Positions 13,801 to 27,900 of a stretch of DNA of 64,000 nt are shown piece after piece. The stretch lies in assembly GCA_030141605.1 (NCBI GenBank), contig JAQGDQ010000087.1:496001-560000 (forward strand), written 5' to 3'. The stretch comes from Tubiluchus corallicola (lineage: Eukaryota; Animalia; Priapulida). Under the pieces are notes generated by a model. That model searched no databases. It was not told the origin of the DNA and saw nothing but the letters and a program-made list of their open reading frames with translations. Made by a program: the position numbers and the translations under genes. Numbering within the stretch: the first letter of the stretch is position 1; every line of letters begins with the position of its first letter.

Positions 13801-16800
13801 GGAAACTAAAAATTACTTCTAATAGTGTCACAGTCATACAACTAGGGTAAAAAGAAACTATAAAACTTTAGTTCCGATAAATGTTGGTTTGCAGTTTAAA
13901 CTGGATTCAAGCAAAAATATACGCTAATACGGCACATAGAAATAATGTACATCGTTTATTTGAAGGAAGACAAAGGATTATTCTTGATAATAAACCAGAC
14001 TCTGATCTTGCCATGTTTGTAGTATACTCCATTCTGGCTTGCAGTATGACAAATTGTATAAAAACAATTAATTAAAGGATTATAGCACGCCTTAAACCAA
14101 ATTCGATCTGACATACGCAATACAGAAAATGAACACATCGCCTTCTTAAGAACGGTTTACATCAAAAGATTATTACAGAAAAAGTTTAATTTCGCATTCG
14201 CTCGTTTAGTTTTTGGCTGTTGCTCGCATTTCACCATTTTCTATTTAGATGGACGACAGCACCTGAACCACAAAAATGCGTTGCAGGAAAACGCGCACTG
14301 TACCTGATCAAAAACAGGCGCTGTACCTGATCAAAAACAGGTGCTGTGCCTGATCATCAGAACACATTTTGTGAAATCACTAACATAAAATTGGAATTTA
14401 AATTTCTTCTACCTTTAATTAACCAAGTCGACTCAAATCATAGCGAATGCTTAATGGTAGCACTGTATTTCAATTTTTGGCTTTCGTAAAAACATGAGTC
14501 ATACACTCACAGAATGTTTCTGTGACTATAAGTGACGTCATCGTTAACTGCACTTGCAGGCCTATAGCTAACCTTCCAAGCCAATATTCAATTTACAGAA
14601 ACATTCTGGCATTATTATCGATGTTAAAATGTACATTTTTTACGATACTTCAAAATGTGATACGCAAAAATATGCAAAATATGTAAAATCGTCCCGTTTT
14701 CCTTTAAATGAAAGAAATTAGTGCTTAAAATTAGCACGTTTCCGCATATCAAAAAGCGTCGAATACATTTTTAATTGGTCGACAATTTTTTGTTCTTTTC
14801 TTACTTGGGACTCCTCACACAGATTATTATTCTTCATACGTACATTAGTTACATGAATCCTATATTTCAACAAGTCATTTTTGGGCTTCGTCACCTCTAC
14901 TCAGTCATTACGATTCAACTACAGGTTAGTTAACACTCATTTACATTACCTGTTAATACTCGTACTCGTGTTCCAATCATGCCAAGTACAAAGCATAAGC
15001 GAATCCGCGGGGACACCATGAGACAAATAACATGCATTTACGTAAATGCCAGCAGGCTTTCCGACGGCACGTAATGAGCAGCCATGTGCGGGTGATGGAC
15101 GCTGTTTGTGCGACAATTTGTTGCTTTTAGCAAATTAGCGGGTGTCAATTTGAAAGCAAAATAAAAGGCAACAACAAGGATAGAATATAAAACTCATCTC
15201 CAAACTTTGGGATTGGCAATAAAGTATAGAGACAAAGCGAGAGCAAGACGTGTGAGAATATTTTCCACCAAAGGTTGGAATTAGTCAAAACAGTAAAAAA
15301 CTGAAAAAACTGTTAATAATAAAACTGCCATTCTATTACAACAAAAATCTTGGTACCATTTTCGTTTCTCTCATTTGACCTCAAACTTATTTTCAAGGTA
15401 AAAATGCAGAAACAAATTTTTATAACGTCCGTAATAAAATAATAAAAAATTTCAAATAGCATTTAGGTAAATTTGTACAAATCTTTGCATAGAATTCGAA
15501 AAAGATATTTCAAGAATAGAAATATTCTAGAATAAAAGAAATACATACATTTCTGAAATTGTCCAAGAACACTCAGTTTTGTGAACTATTTATCGATATG
15601 GGGAACAATTATCGACTGCCAAAAGTATCGATCCCTTCTTTGTTTTCCTTCTATTCATACTTACATAGTAATACTGCAAAGGGTTAACTGTTTTAGGAAA
15701 AGTTTCAGGAATGAAAAGTTCAAAAGTGAAGTGCGATTACCAAACAAATTACCTTACCATTCTAGACCACCTGCTTAAAATCTATTCAGTTCCACTTAAT
15801 AGCAAAGCTAAGCAGCACATTTAGTCTCACTAATGATCAGAATTTTTTGGATTATTTATTATTAATTCAAGTTTAAAAATACGTACCAGTAAGGGAGCCA
15901 TTGTGCTCCACGCCCACGTAACCTTGATTTATATCTTTGCTATTGACTGGTGAAAACACAGTGTCAGTACTAAACAACACTTGATGGTACTTCTCTTCAT
16001 TACGGGCCAGTTGCTGCTCCAAAGAAAGGATTGTGTCCTTTCCTTCCATGCCACTGGAATCAAACAAAAATAACATAAGCAATGCAATACAATCAGTGAT
16101 TGCTGTATGTTTACGAACACCAATAAACTATGGACATAGTTTGCATGCCTACAAACTAGAAAAGTGAATTTTCTAAATAAGTTTAGTAATAAAAATTAAG
16201 TTTTAGTGTGACGGACCTACATATTCAGTAAAATGAACTGCCTTACAAAATAATTGTGCAGAAACATCAGGTCAATTTTTCCCAAAAAAATGCATATCCA
16301 GCTAAAACAAATGTATGTTTTAATAGTATAAAAAGCATTTTAACAATCATACAAATATGGGAAAATCAATCATAACTAACTCTGCACATTTAAATTTCTT
16401 TCCTTTAAAATTAAACTATATTTGCTTCGCCATTTCAACTCTGTATTTAAGTATGATTGCAGTACTTATAACTTTGTTATCATTCTGCCATATGTATTTG
16501 CCACGATATGTATTGTACAGGGTGTTGGGAAAAGATAACCCACTACACGTTAAAAGTTAAATACCAAGTAGACATAAATGTATTTTTTCATATTTTAATC
16601 ATTATAATATTTCCTATTAAATGTTTTTTAAAATTTTCGTGCAGAAATTAACATAGATCATACCTCTGTCCATTTATGACCTTCAACAGACAGTACTAGA
16701 TATTAAGGTAAGGTGTTTCTTTGCTCAAAATTAAATGCTCTTTCACCTGGTTTGTTGGTTTTTATCTATTTTTTTGGAACTGTGGGAGGAAATATTTTCC

Positions 16801-19800
16801 TGTCACCCTTTATTTGTATTTTAGTTACCGTAATTTTTAGAGTTCTATATTGCTACTTTGCAGGACACATTTACAGTTATTTGGGCAAAGGTTTCAGCAA
16901 AAACTTAATATATGCCAACCGATTTAAGATTTTTACCATTTTGCTCAATTTTTAACAGTTTAAAAGTTTTCTTGTTTCACTCCACACTGGTACATTCATA
17001 GTTAAATCTGATGACATTAATACACTTGCTTTGCAATAACCACTACTAACCAAGCTTGTGTACACTAAGTGCACATGAAGGAAATTAGTTGTTTCTAATC
17101 ACAATCATTTCCACATGGCATTTAATTAATTTATCTCCCAAGACCGGTGCGACCTTAGAGAATAACATCTTCATCATAACTGCAGCTTCTATAAGAAACC
17201 TAATAATACCTGTTCATCAACATGGCCCATTGATTACAATAGATGGCAGGTCAAATAACAGACAATATCTACCTGAGTACATAGTTGACACAAACAACGA
17301 ACTGTGGCTTATGTGTTCTCTGATTCGCTACGACTGTCGCTTGCGTCTGCACCCAGACGTAACCACCGCATTTCGTTAGCAACCGGTACTTGCCCGTGGT
17401 CACTTGGCTTTTTGAAAATACTGCAAAAAAATTGTTGTTTAATTTATTTTTATTATATGATTACTAACATTGAGGCAGTTCCATGGCTGCTGATGTTAAC
17501 AAATTGAGCTGAAATAGCAAGGTTCTAAACAAAATTCATTTGCAAACTCATTTGTTGGCCACGATTATCGACAAGTGGCTACAAATATAACGCAAAACCA
17601 TTTTCTTCTAAATCTTACAAAAATTTAAACTTTTAATAAATTGTTCTTTCTTTACGCTACAACTTGTTTATTTAGTTTTTCTTATTAGCTATAATATCAA
17701 CTAATGACAGAAATAATGCTGCTGTGCTCACCTGTGGCCTTTTTCTCCACTTGGACCCTCCAGGTATAATTACGTATATCACATTATGGATCTCACAAAT
17801 GCAATATGCAAGTTGTGCACAAAAAAGCTACAAAACTAGTGATACTCTTATCGCCATGGATCCTTTCTTGTGGTTTTAATTTTTCATTTTTACATTTATG
17901 AGTCTCAAGTGCTAATATGTTAATAACACCATATCTTGAAAGTAAGTATCTCTTTAAAAACAGTAGGTTTCACTAACAGAAGATTTCTCATATACACAAT
18001 TAGGACATTATCTACATATGCAACACGGAATTTACGTAGTATAGCATAGTAATAATAATGATGCAGATAGGAAAACTGAAAGTAGCATTATAGATGGGAA
18101 TAATTGATACTGGATAACAAGGGATACTAAATAAGAGCAACAACAATTAGGTTATTAAGCTGCTTCGTTAGTCTTTTCTCTGGCTACTTAGGTATAACCT
18201 CAATTTACACCTGACGATACTTCGTTGCCTTGACAACTAGTTAGCCTGATAATTATTATTGAACAGCAGGCCAGTAATAGGCTATTCACCCTACAGATAA
18301 GTTGAGAAGCTAATAAACAACAAGAGGAGCATCAAGTGTTGAAAGCCTGGTACCATACGACACGGCAAAACTCGCAAGGCTTCCAAACAATTTCATCAAG
18401 TATGACCTTGTTTTACTGCTGCATCCAATATTTCTACCCTGGTCATTCTTGGAAGCAGAATGACTGGCTTACAAATTCAGTTTTTTCCTTCGGGCTTCTT
18501 ACCTGTGGAATTCTTTTGTAGAAACCTGGTTTCCTGTTAACTAGAACCTCAACCACTTCAAAAGGAAAATTAATAGGAACTGCCATACGAGCAAATTAGT
18601 TGCAAGAAAATTTTAAATTTCTGCACTTGTAATTAGGGAGCTTTACATTTATACTGGAAGTTCCTTACTTAAATTGTTTGTGTTTTTTGTATAACAAATG
18701 TAGAGAAATCCATTTTAAAGATGCTACATTTAACTTGCTAAGAATTCAACTCAAAGAACATTTCTCAACATCCCGTATAATGAAGTTGGACTTTTGACCA
18801 TTTTTGCGAATGCGGATGTTAACAAAATTGAGTAAATTGACAATGTTGACGTAGCCTTGTCTTAAACCAGTTTCCTAGATGAAAAATGCCATTTAGTTAA
18901 TTATTAAAAGTATAAGAAACGAATGTGAACGGCTTGACAATGGCTTTTTCAAAAATCTCTTTTGATGATCAAGTGGTACCCGGCATCATAACCTTTGAGA
19001 AAACTTAGTTTTAAAAATCCCTTGTCGTCAAGTAGTATTAGGAAACCAGAAAGTAAGAACACAGAAGACTGAAACTAACTTCTCTACTTAACGGAAAGTC
19101 ATTTAGCATGTTTAGCATTTACCGTTATCAGTTAAATTTAGCAGAATGTGACAAAGAAATTTGCAAAAAACTGTCTATAAAGCATAAAGTTGATTTATAC
19201 TACTGCTGTACAGAAGTTTTCAGGTGCATCGGTAGCCGTCATTCACTTGAAAATTATGATGAAACTGATGGACATCGTGATTTTTCGTAACCGCATCGTG
19301 GCTTTCAGTAAGCAAACGCTACTTAAACAAATTTAAGTTTCTATGGCTTGCCTAACGTTCAAGCAAAAATATATCACAAAATTAGCTATCGATATTTTTT
19401 AACTTATAATACTTAAGAAGGAAACTGACAGTGCACTGCTTTTCTTCAGCCGATGAACGACGTAACTGGTGGAAGAATGGTCTTTAAAAATGGAAGTGCC
19501 CAAGTATGAAATAATCGCGACTTTAAAGCGATTTACTAATTACATGAAAACTGATCACATTTTACAGCCGTCTAACATTTTTTGCCAACACTGAAATAAG
19601 CTTGACTTTTCCTTTAATAACATATATGTTAAATTGAAATTAGAAGCTGCATTTGAATCTCATTATAGCGGCTGCTTTCAATAACCGGAGTTCAAATGGA
19701 GGACTGATGATGCATTGATCAAGACTGATTAAGGATTATTGCAATCATTTCTTCGCAGTATTACTTCTTTCTTTAATGACAGCAATGAAGACATTTACCC

Positions 19801-21878
19801 AAATCACCTACGCGAATTAATTATGCGTATGGGTAAACACCAGATCGCCTGCGTCATCATCGACCAGATCTATCGAATGACCTGAAGTCACCTTCCCAAA
19901 TTCAATACTAATCACACAGAGACTTTCTACCCCATTTCCTTACCTGTCCTAGCACAAAGACTAATTTGCCTCAGAGTAATGGACATCTGAAGCAAATTAC
20001 CACTGCCCAATGCAATTAACCTGAATATGTCTGATTAAGTCACATAAATCACATAATCGCAATTCGTAATTAGTGAAAAGAAAGTTTTCAAAATAAGATG
20101 ATATTGATGAACTCGCTGACCAAGACTAATGCATTCGAACATCGACCTCTGACAACTCCTATAACCTATACTAATCATTCGAAGAAACGTCATTATAATC
20201 CCACGTGCTTGTATCACTTAAAACTTACAAACAAGGCGAGAAAATAACATTACTTAAAGACAAAATCTTGTCAAATAAAATCAGAAAATGTCAAAGACGA
20301 CGTGTAAGTATAACTAATAGGTCTTAAGCAACCGAAGAACACATATAAAAGGCAACATTTAATACACTAAGCAACTAAATGTACAACCATTAACAAGACT
20401 AATTAACAAAATCTAATTGCTGTGCACCCGATCCTTTTGCAGAGGAAATGTAATTTACACGGGCCAACAAACAAGGTAAAGAAAAAAGCAATGCACTTTT
20501 TCTTTTTTAAGTTTAATTATACAACTTTAGAGGAATAACATGAATAAATTTTCGCACCACCTACAGAAAAGTAGAGAAAAATTTCAATATGTGTGTAAAA
20601 TTAAGACAAAAACTCATTTTACAGCCGAAAAACTAAGACAAACATGCATAATCCCTTACAGCTTTACAACAGTCATTACAAATAAACACTATTACACAGT
20701 ATATGCCTCTGCTATATAGAGAATTTACGTCAAGACAGAGCTGCAAAGAACACCAGGTGTAGAGCAGAACAATAAACTACATAATCTGCCAGTTTAACGT
20801 CACACTGCACCTGAGCTAAATCACAGGTATACAGAACTCTTAAACGACATAAATATAAATCTTGCGAATTTCGAGAAATAAGTGTTTTTTTTCAAATTTC
20901 TGTTTGCCAAAATATTTCGTCCAGCAAAAATCCTACCTCTGCCAAAACAAACCCCATAAATACTCACATCAAAGCAACAATGAAAGTGAGGATGCTAACT
21001 GTAAGGTGTAACAAAAACTACGGTTACAGAGAAGTAACAGCAGCGGGGGTGTATAAGTACAGCTTACGCAAAGCTGACCATCTCAAAACCAGAAAGAAAA
21101 CAAGAAAAAAGGTGTGCGTGAAGTTCTAATGATGCAATATCATGTTGTGACATGACCTTGCAGATGCAGTACTTGGACAATCTAATACAGCATGGTAAAC
21201 TGATGATATTAACGTCCCTGGATACACAATAGTAACATTAACAAAAATAGTGGCAACACTATGAGAAATGATTTACGCTAAAAAAATATATGCACTGAGC
21301 CGTTTCATTCCACAATCTAACAAAAACTGCATCCTACTGAAAAAACTACATTAAAACGTTAGCTGACATGAATGAGTATGGGAGCCCCAACTCAAAAAAG
21401 GGCAGGAAAATGAGTTGGTAAATGATGAAATATCAGCAAAGCGACCAAGGTCAAAACAGTCATAAAGGAATTATGAATCACAAAGTTAAATACAGGTTTG
21501 TAGACTATTACTATTGATAAGATATTACTGCATGGCTAGCAGCAGTGCTGAATTATCACAACCAGCTAAACACACGTCTGAAAGCTGCAATTCGTGTTTA
21601 GTTCACAGACACAAACAACAAATTATTACGATCATCATTATTAATTGATTATTAGTTATACTTACAATTTTTAAAACTTTGACTAAGCTGTTCACTATCC
21701 AGTGCATGTTGAAGCTCATACATCGATCGGTCAGTCAGTTCACAAGCTTCGTAACCCAGTAAATCAAAAACTCTGCAAATGTTACAAAACGTCATTTTAA
21801 TCATCAATTAATTTTTTCAACATGAACATAAGTAGTATCATCAAGGCCATCACCACCATCAATTAATAATAATAATAC

Positions 21879-21911
<33 letters not shown>

Positions 21912-24900
21912 TGTATGTATGTATGTATGTATGTATGTATGTATGTATGTACGTATAATATGTATATATATATATATAAAAATTGTAGGTAAAACTTAGA
22001 TAATTTGTCTCTGTCCTGCAGTGTTTAGTGAACACAAACATTCGACAGCCAAAATTTTACAAAGTAGCAGATGAAAATTTAAGAACCACAAAGGCAAAGT
22101 AAACTCACCTGTCATCAACGTAGGAAAACTTCATGTCAAGCCCATGGCGGCTTACAAATGTTTGGCTTCCCAGTAACGTGTCTATACTGGATGGGTGTGG
22201 TATAAGCTGGCAGGATAAAACTAAACATGATTCTTTTTTACTCTCTTCTACGGTAACAAATCTACCCATGCAATGTACCACCTGAAAAGGAAAGAAAAAT
22301 GTTTTAGCTAGAGTACAAGTATGCACATGGCACACGAACATGCATGCATGCACGCGCGCATGCACGCACGCACGCACACACACACACACATGCAGTACAT
22401 TGATAAGACTTAATAATAATAATAGAAGCGAGACTTTGGGGTGCTTTGCTCAAGTGTTTGACAAAAACTAAAGGCTAGAGCTGTACCGAGAGGCCTTGTG
22501 TCAACTGGCCGAAGGTCAGTAAGCTGCCCACTTCAGCTAACTGTTTGTTTGTTTACCAGATATGATTGAAAATTTCTGGTCTTACAAATGCAATAACATA
22601 CTCCTACTCTATGTATGACAAATGTCTTCAGCAACACCTATTGAGTAAGCTACAATGCACAATGCCAGCCTATCGTTGGATGACTAGCAACCTTCAAAAA
22701 AATTTTCAAGTTCAAGGTCGGTACAAATCATCCAGTACCACTATGTGTTAAACAAAACAGTTTTGGCCAGGATTCATTTCTAAACATCTACAATAACAGT
22801 TAAATCGTTACAAATGCTAATATTAGAGCATTACATACCCAGTTTTATATTAAACATAATAGTACTGCATATTGCCAACATGCAACTAACATGTTTTTTA
22901 CACTACGACTTTAGTGAAGAATGACAAATTATATGAAATGCTTGCAACTGCTGTAGTTCTGCACGACCTACTACAATCATTTAAAATGCAATTTCAGCGG
23001 ACAAACTCTAGCCACACTTACTGTTGCTATAACAGACAGCAAAAACTTAAAGATACTTAAAGCTATAGCTTTAGACGTATTGATTTAGTATTCGGCACAA
23101 AATACAAAGTGAAACCTAAAAAAAAGGCAAATGCAGTAGTTATGAGAGGTGTGCAACCCCGGTTTCTAAGAATTATCATTTACGACAACTTTTATTTTTC
23201 AACGATGCATTTCCATGGACAACTGTAAACAGTGTCTGAAGTGCTCATCAAAGTGCTTTGCAAGCACATTGATTGATTACACTTTGAAAAGAGTGTTTGG
23301 AATTGAAGCAATATTACATAGCATCTCGCTTGAACTGGAAACCAAATGGCGAGAGAAGCAAACCAGTGCAATTTATTGCTTATAGAAATGTTAGAGATAG
23401 GTGTCTGTTGTGAACAACTATATTTTTTGCTAATCAATTTTTTTAAAGTGAACAAAATTTTCACTCATTCGGGCATAAATAGCGCACTTGTATGGTAGAA
23501 GTACATGCACTACAGTGTTAAACAAGGTGTGACAGATAATTTAGTTTTTTCCCTGTACTAAGCTGTTTCATGTTGTGGCCTTATTGTTCTCATTCTTTTT
23601 CTCGTTATTTTAGCTACTGTCAGTGTTGTTAATGTCGTTGCTGTTGTTAATCAGTCAAATTTGAAATAACTTGGTTAGTGTGGACATTGTCTGAACTAAG
23701 TTTGGTACTGTTATGAAACGTGCGACAAGTAACATTATTGTGCCTTATTTTGGTTACAGAAATAGCTTGGAAAATTATAATGTTTTTGTAAATTTCCGTG
23801 TCAAGTACTCTTATTAGTATAAAACTTCTTGTCGTTGGTTCACTGTCTTCACGATTCTCCTCAATAATTAAGGTTCTTATAAAGTCTGTCGATATTAGAT
23901 ATGGAAAATTAGATGTAGTGTGTAAAAACTATATTAATAAGTACAAACGGCATAAATCAGACCTGCCTGTACATGCAAAAGGTGCGTGTATATCTGCACA
24001 TGCATGAGGTGAATCAAGAGTATTGCACTCGCCCATCTCATACACCAAGTGCAAACACCCTCAGTTCGCCGGTTTTTACCCGAAACAGTACCCCATTTTT
24101 GACAACGTTTATGAGCTCAGAAATTTGTAAAAAGTAGCTATATTAGCAAGTAATCTCAAATAAAGCTATATTTGAAAACGGTGTGCCTTGTCTCAACAAG
24201 ACACATAAGAAACCAGACATGGCCCTGTCTGGCCCATACAAAAAAAAAGATTCTTGAATTTTTGTGAAAGCTTTTGACATTTACTAAAAGCAAAAATGAT
24301 CTGAGACGATAGAAAATGCAGCTTAGTTTTTCCATGGCCTTAACCTGTCAGGTCACAATGTAGCAATGACGAAACGTAATGAACTATAGCTGCATTAAAA
24401 TTTATTTTCTGCAGAGTGGATGAAAAATGCAAACATAAAATGTTGTCATTCTTTAGCAAAAGCTCCATTAGAGTGAAAGAATAGGAAATTAGAATTCAAC
24501 AACCGGTAGAAAGAAATTTGCCCTACAAACCTGAAGGCATAGGCCAGGACCTGAATTTTAATAATCTGGACAAATAAATAAATAAAGCATTTTTTCCATT
24601 TTTGTCAACAATTTTAGGCAAGATCAAGTGCAGTACTTAGTAAAATCTTTCTGAACGAATCTTAGCGAAGGTCCAGATTATTAGTGTTTTAGAACTAGAA
24701 CAGCAAAACATGAAGGATAGGAACCACAACTAGATTCCCAAGGGCAGATCCAGATCTGGTCACGATCCGATACACCCATACTGTAATGTGTACTATCAGA
24801 AGCATTAGTAAAGGAAGTTAGAAATTGGAGATACTTTTATGGAACACCCATATATATCTTTGATTGTTCAACCCATGGGTACACTTGCTGGCTTACCTTC

Positions 24901-27900
24901 CACGTAGCAGACTTCAGATTAACATTTCGACCTTTACTTGTTAACGTGTTTTTTATTCGAAGAAAAAGTGAGCATGGTTCCCTGTCGGTTTTCTTGGCTG
25001 TAAACAAGGCATTTAGTTCGCTGTGGTCACACGGATGACTGTAATCGTATATACTTTGTCCAGTCATGTCGACCTGCAAACAGGTTAAGCATTAATTGAC
25101 ACATAAAACGATAAGCACATTGACAGGCGGTATAATGTTGATACACTGATAAACAAAATATAGGTTTAATCAAGTGATTTATTTGCTCGTGCCAAAAAGA
25201 TCCATTTCGTGGTGAGGACGCGTGGCAAAACTTCTCGAGAAAATATTCCTTGCGGTATTCCTCACGAAATTGAAACACATTGTTTTCTACAGCACATTTC
25301 ACACAGAAGCTGCATGAGGAATTTCCTCATGTAATTCTTTGTGAGGAATTCTGTCACCATCTAGAAGCTATGCATCCTCTTCAGGAGGATTTTTCCACTT
25401 GGTAGAAGTACTGCATGTTCCATTTTCCCAAGAATTCCTCTTGGAATTCACACTAAAAATTAACTACTCAGTTACTTCTTGCTTAACAAACAGCAATTAA
25501 CATAACCCATAGCATAAAATTATAAGTTTTTAAATTCCCTGTTAACAGCGATATTTTTGTTACATTAATGCAGCAGGGATGGTTATATTTCTGAAAAACA
25601 AAAATAACATACGCATATATTTATTTTATATATGCATATTTTTAAATTATGAATCATTTAGTAGAACTTTATTAGAAAAATAAAAGGTCTGACATTACAT
25701 TGACTAACATTATCAATTGAACTTCGTATATCAGAAATGCGAAAACTGTAACTGAATTTAGACATGGTTATATAAAATATCAAATGAAAAAGTCAAAATG
25801 TCAAAGCAGTCTCTGAATTCTTTTTTTTTGTAATTGAGTCCTAATAACTCGTCTAAAGCGTCCGGAATCACTCTAGTGTAACTGCAAAATTCCTCCAGAC
25901 CGTCTCTCAATTGCTAGTGCAAGGTTACAACAATGCCACGGCAGTGCTGCCTTGTTTCATTAACTGATGATGCATCCAATGATGATGATAATTAATACTG
26001 CTGTAATAATAGTAAGCACTCAGCAAAAACATTACACTGTCCTTGTTATCCATGTTGAAGAGTAACAGCTACAAGTCTGCAACTCACAAGGTGACTGGAG
26101 CTATTTGGACGTGCACAAAAAAACGTGCACTTTCTGTGTGAAATAGACTTTCTTGCTGTATGAGGTTTCGAAAAAAAATCATAATTTTCTGAAAATTTTC
26201 TGATTTTCCGACAGCAATTCCATGAGTCATTTTCCTTGCATCCTCATTGTGAAATGGGCCTAAGGCTAAAAGACTGGTAGGACAGTACAAATTTTAGGAC
26301 CTCGTTTTATGCAAACAGGAAAACAATGTAAAAACTTGTGTTTTTAGTAAACGTATGGCTTCTAAGCAAGAGGAACAGTTGAACAGTCACAAAATGTGTG
26401 CTTAGCAAAGGGTGCACTTATCAGCTGCTACGCTTCCTTAACAAAATTTGTTTCTTTTATTGAAGCAAATGTATACACAACCAAATATGGTTAAAACATT
26501 TCTGCCAGTTCAGCATACATCTCGTTTCCAATTACCCTTGATAATTAATAAGATCTGGTCATGAATATGATTGCCATTAACAATAAGCGCTTTACAGTAA
26601 GTGCTGGACTCTATGATGCTGCATATTAAGAGTAAACTTGGCAGCCAAGACAGAATAGCATGTTTGCACAGCTATGGACTTAGAATAGATGTCAAACTTT
26701 AGTCATTTCAACCATTAACAAACAAACTACATAAATTTGGCTCATATTTCTAATGAAGATCACCTTGATGCAACATTCTTAATATTTAGTTATCAGCAAT
26801 TTACATATTTCTTTAAGAACGAAAAACTTCAGTGCTCTGAGACACGTAAATATCACTGGCTACAAACCTGAGAAAGGCCAAGATACTTGGCAATATTTTC
26901 AGATAAGAACATTATGTCTCCTTCTGGGGACAAGATCAGGAGAAAGCCGTCCAGAGCTTTCAAGTAGTCTTCCTCGGATACCATTTCATCCTTTACAGGG
27001 GGAAGTTCCACTATAAAAATTTCACATAATTATATATAATTATAACAACAATTACATGTTTATTCATATTAAATCATTCAGATATTATCAACAATTTCAG
27101 CAGTACTAAAGTAATAAAATACTAGCAGTCCAACAAGTATCCTTATGCAAATGAATCATCTGTTTGTGGTTGGGTAATGTTAGGACTGATCAGGTCCTGG
27201 ATAGGTGATCAGTAGTCAGCCAGAACTTTTTGCATATAGGACTTGCATTGACAGTAACGCTATATAAAAATGTCAATTTAAACTCCCGCGATGACTGTTA
27301 GATGCAGCCATTTTGACTGTATATATATATATATATATATAGAGAGAGATGATAGATATAGATAGATAGATATAGATATATACTACATATAGACAACACT
27401 GGGTAAAGTTTGAAAAAATAATCAAAACATTCGCAGCGCACATGTCATTAACTAAATAAAATTTAAATAACTGTATGTTGTCAATAAGATTAAAAATCCG
27501 TTTTTGCTTAGTGAGTGGTGCAACCTGGAGGGTGAGTCAACGACAGTTTTTCAATTAGTGAAAGCATTTTAAATAATTAATAATTTTCTTTTCTAGTCAC
27601 ATAAGTCTTTCAAGTAGGTAAGGGAAATGCTAAGTAACATAACTTCGCATGGAAAGTTTTATGGGACTAGTTTAACATTTCCTTTTCTTCCCCTGATTTA
27701 CGTTGTGCGTATAAGATGGCGTAATGGTGCGGTCAGAACAGTACTGCGAGAGATTTAAAATGAAAACAAACAAAAAATCCTTTCAACGCGAGTACGATAT
27801 ACGCATAAAATTGCTATAAAATAATTTAATTTTTAAGGCGATTTTTCTGAAACCTACTTCAGGTACTTTTCTTGTCCTTTTACAAGTTTTTTAATTTCTC

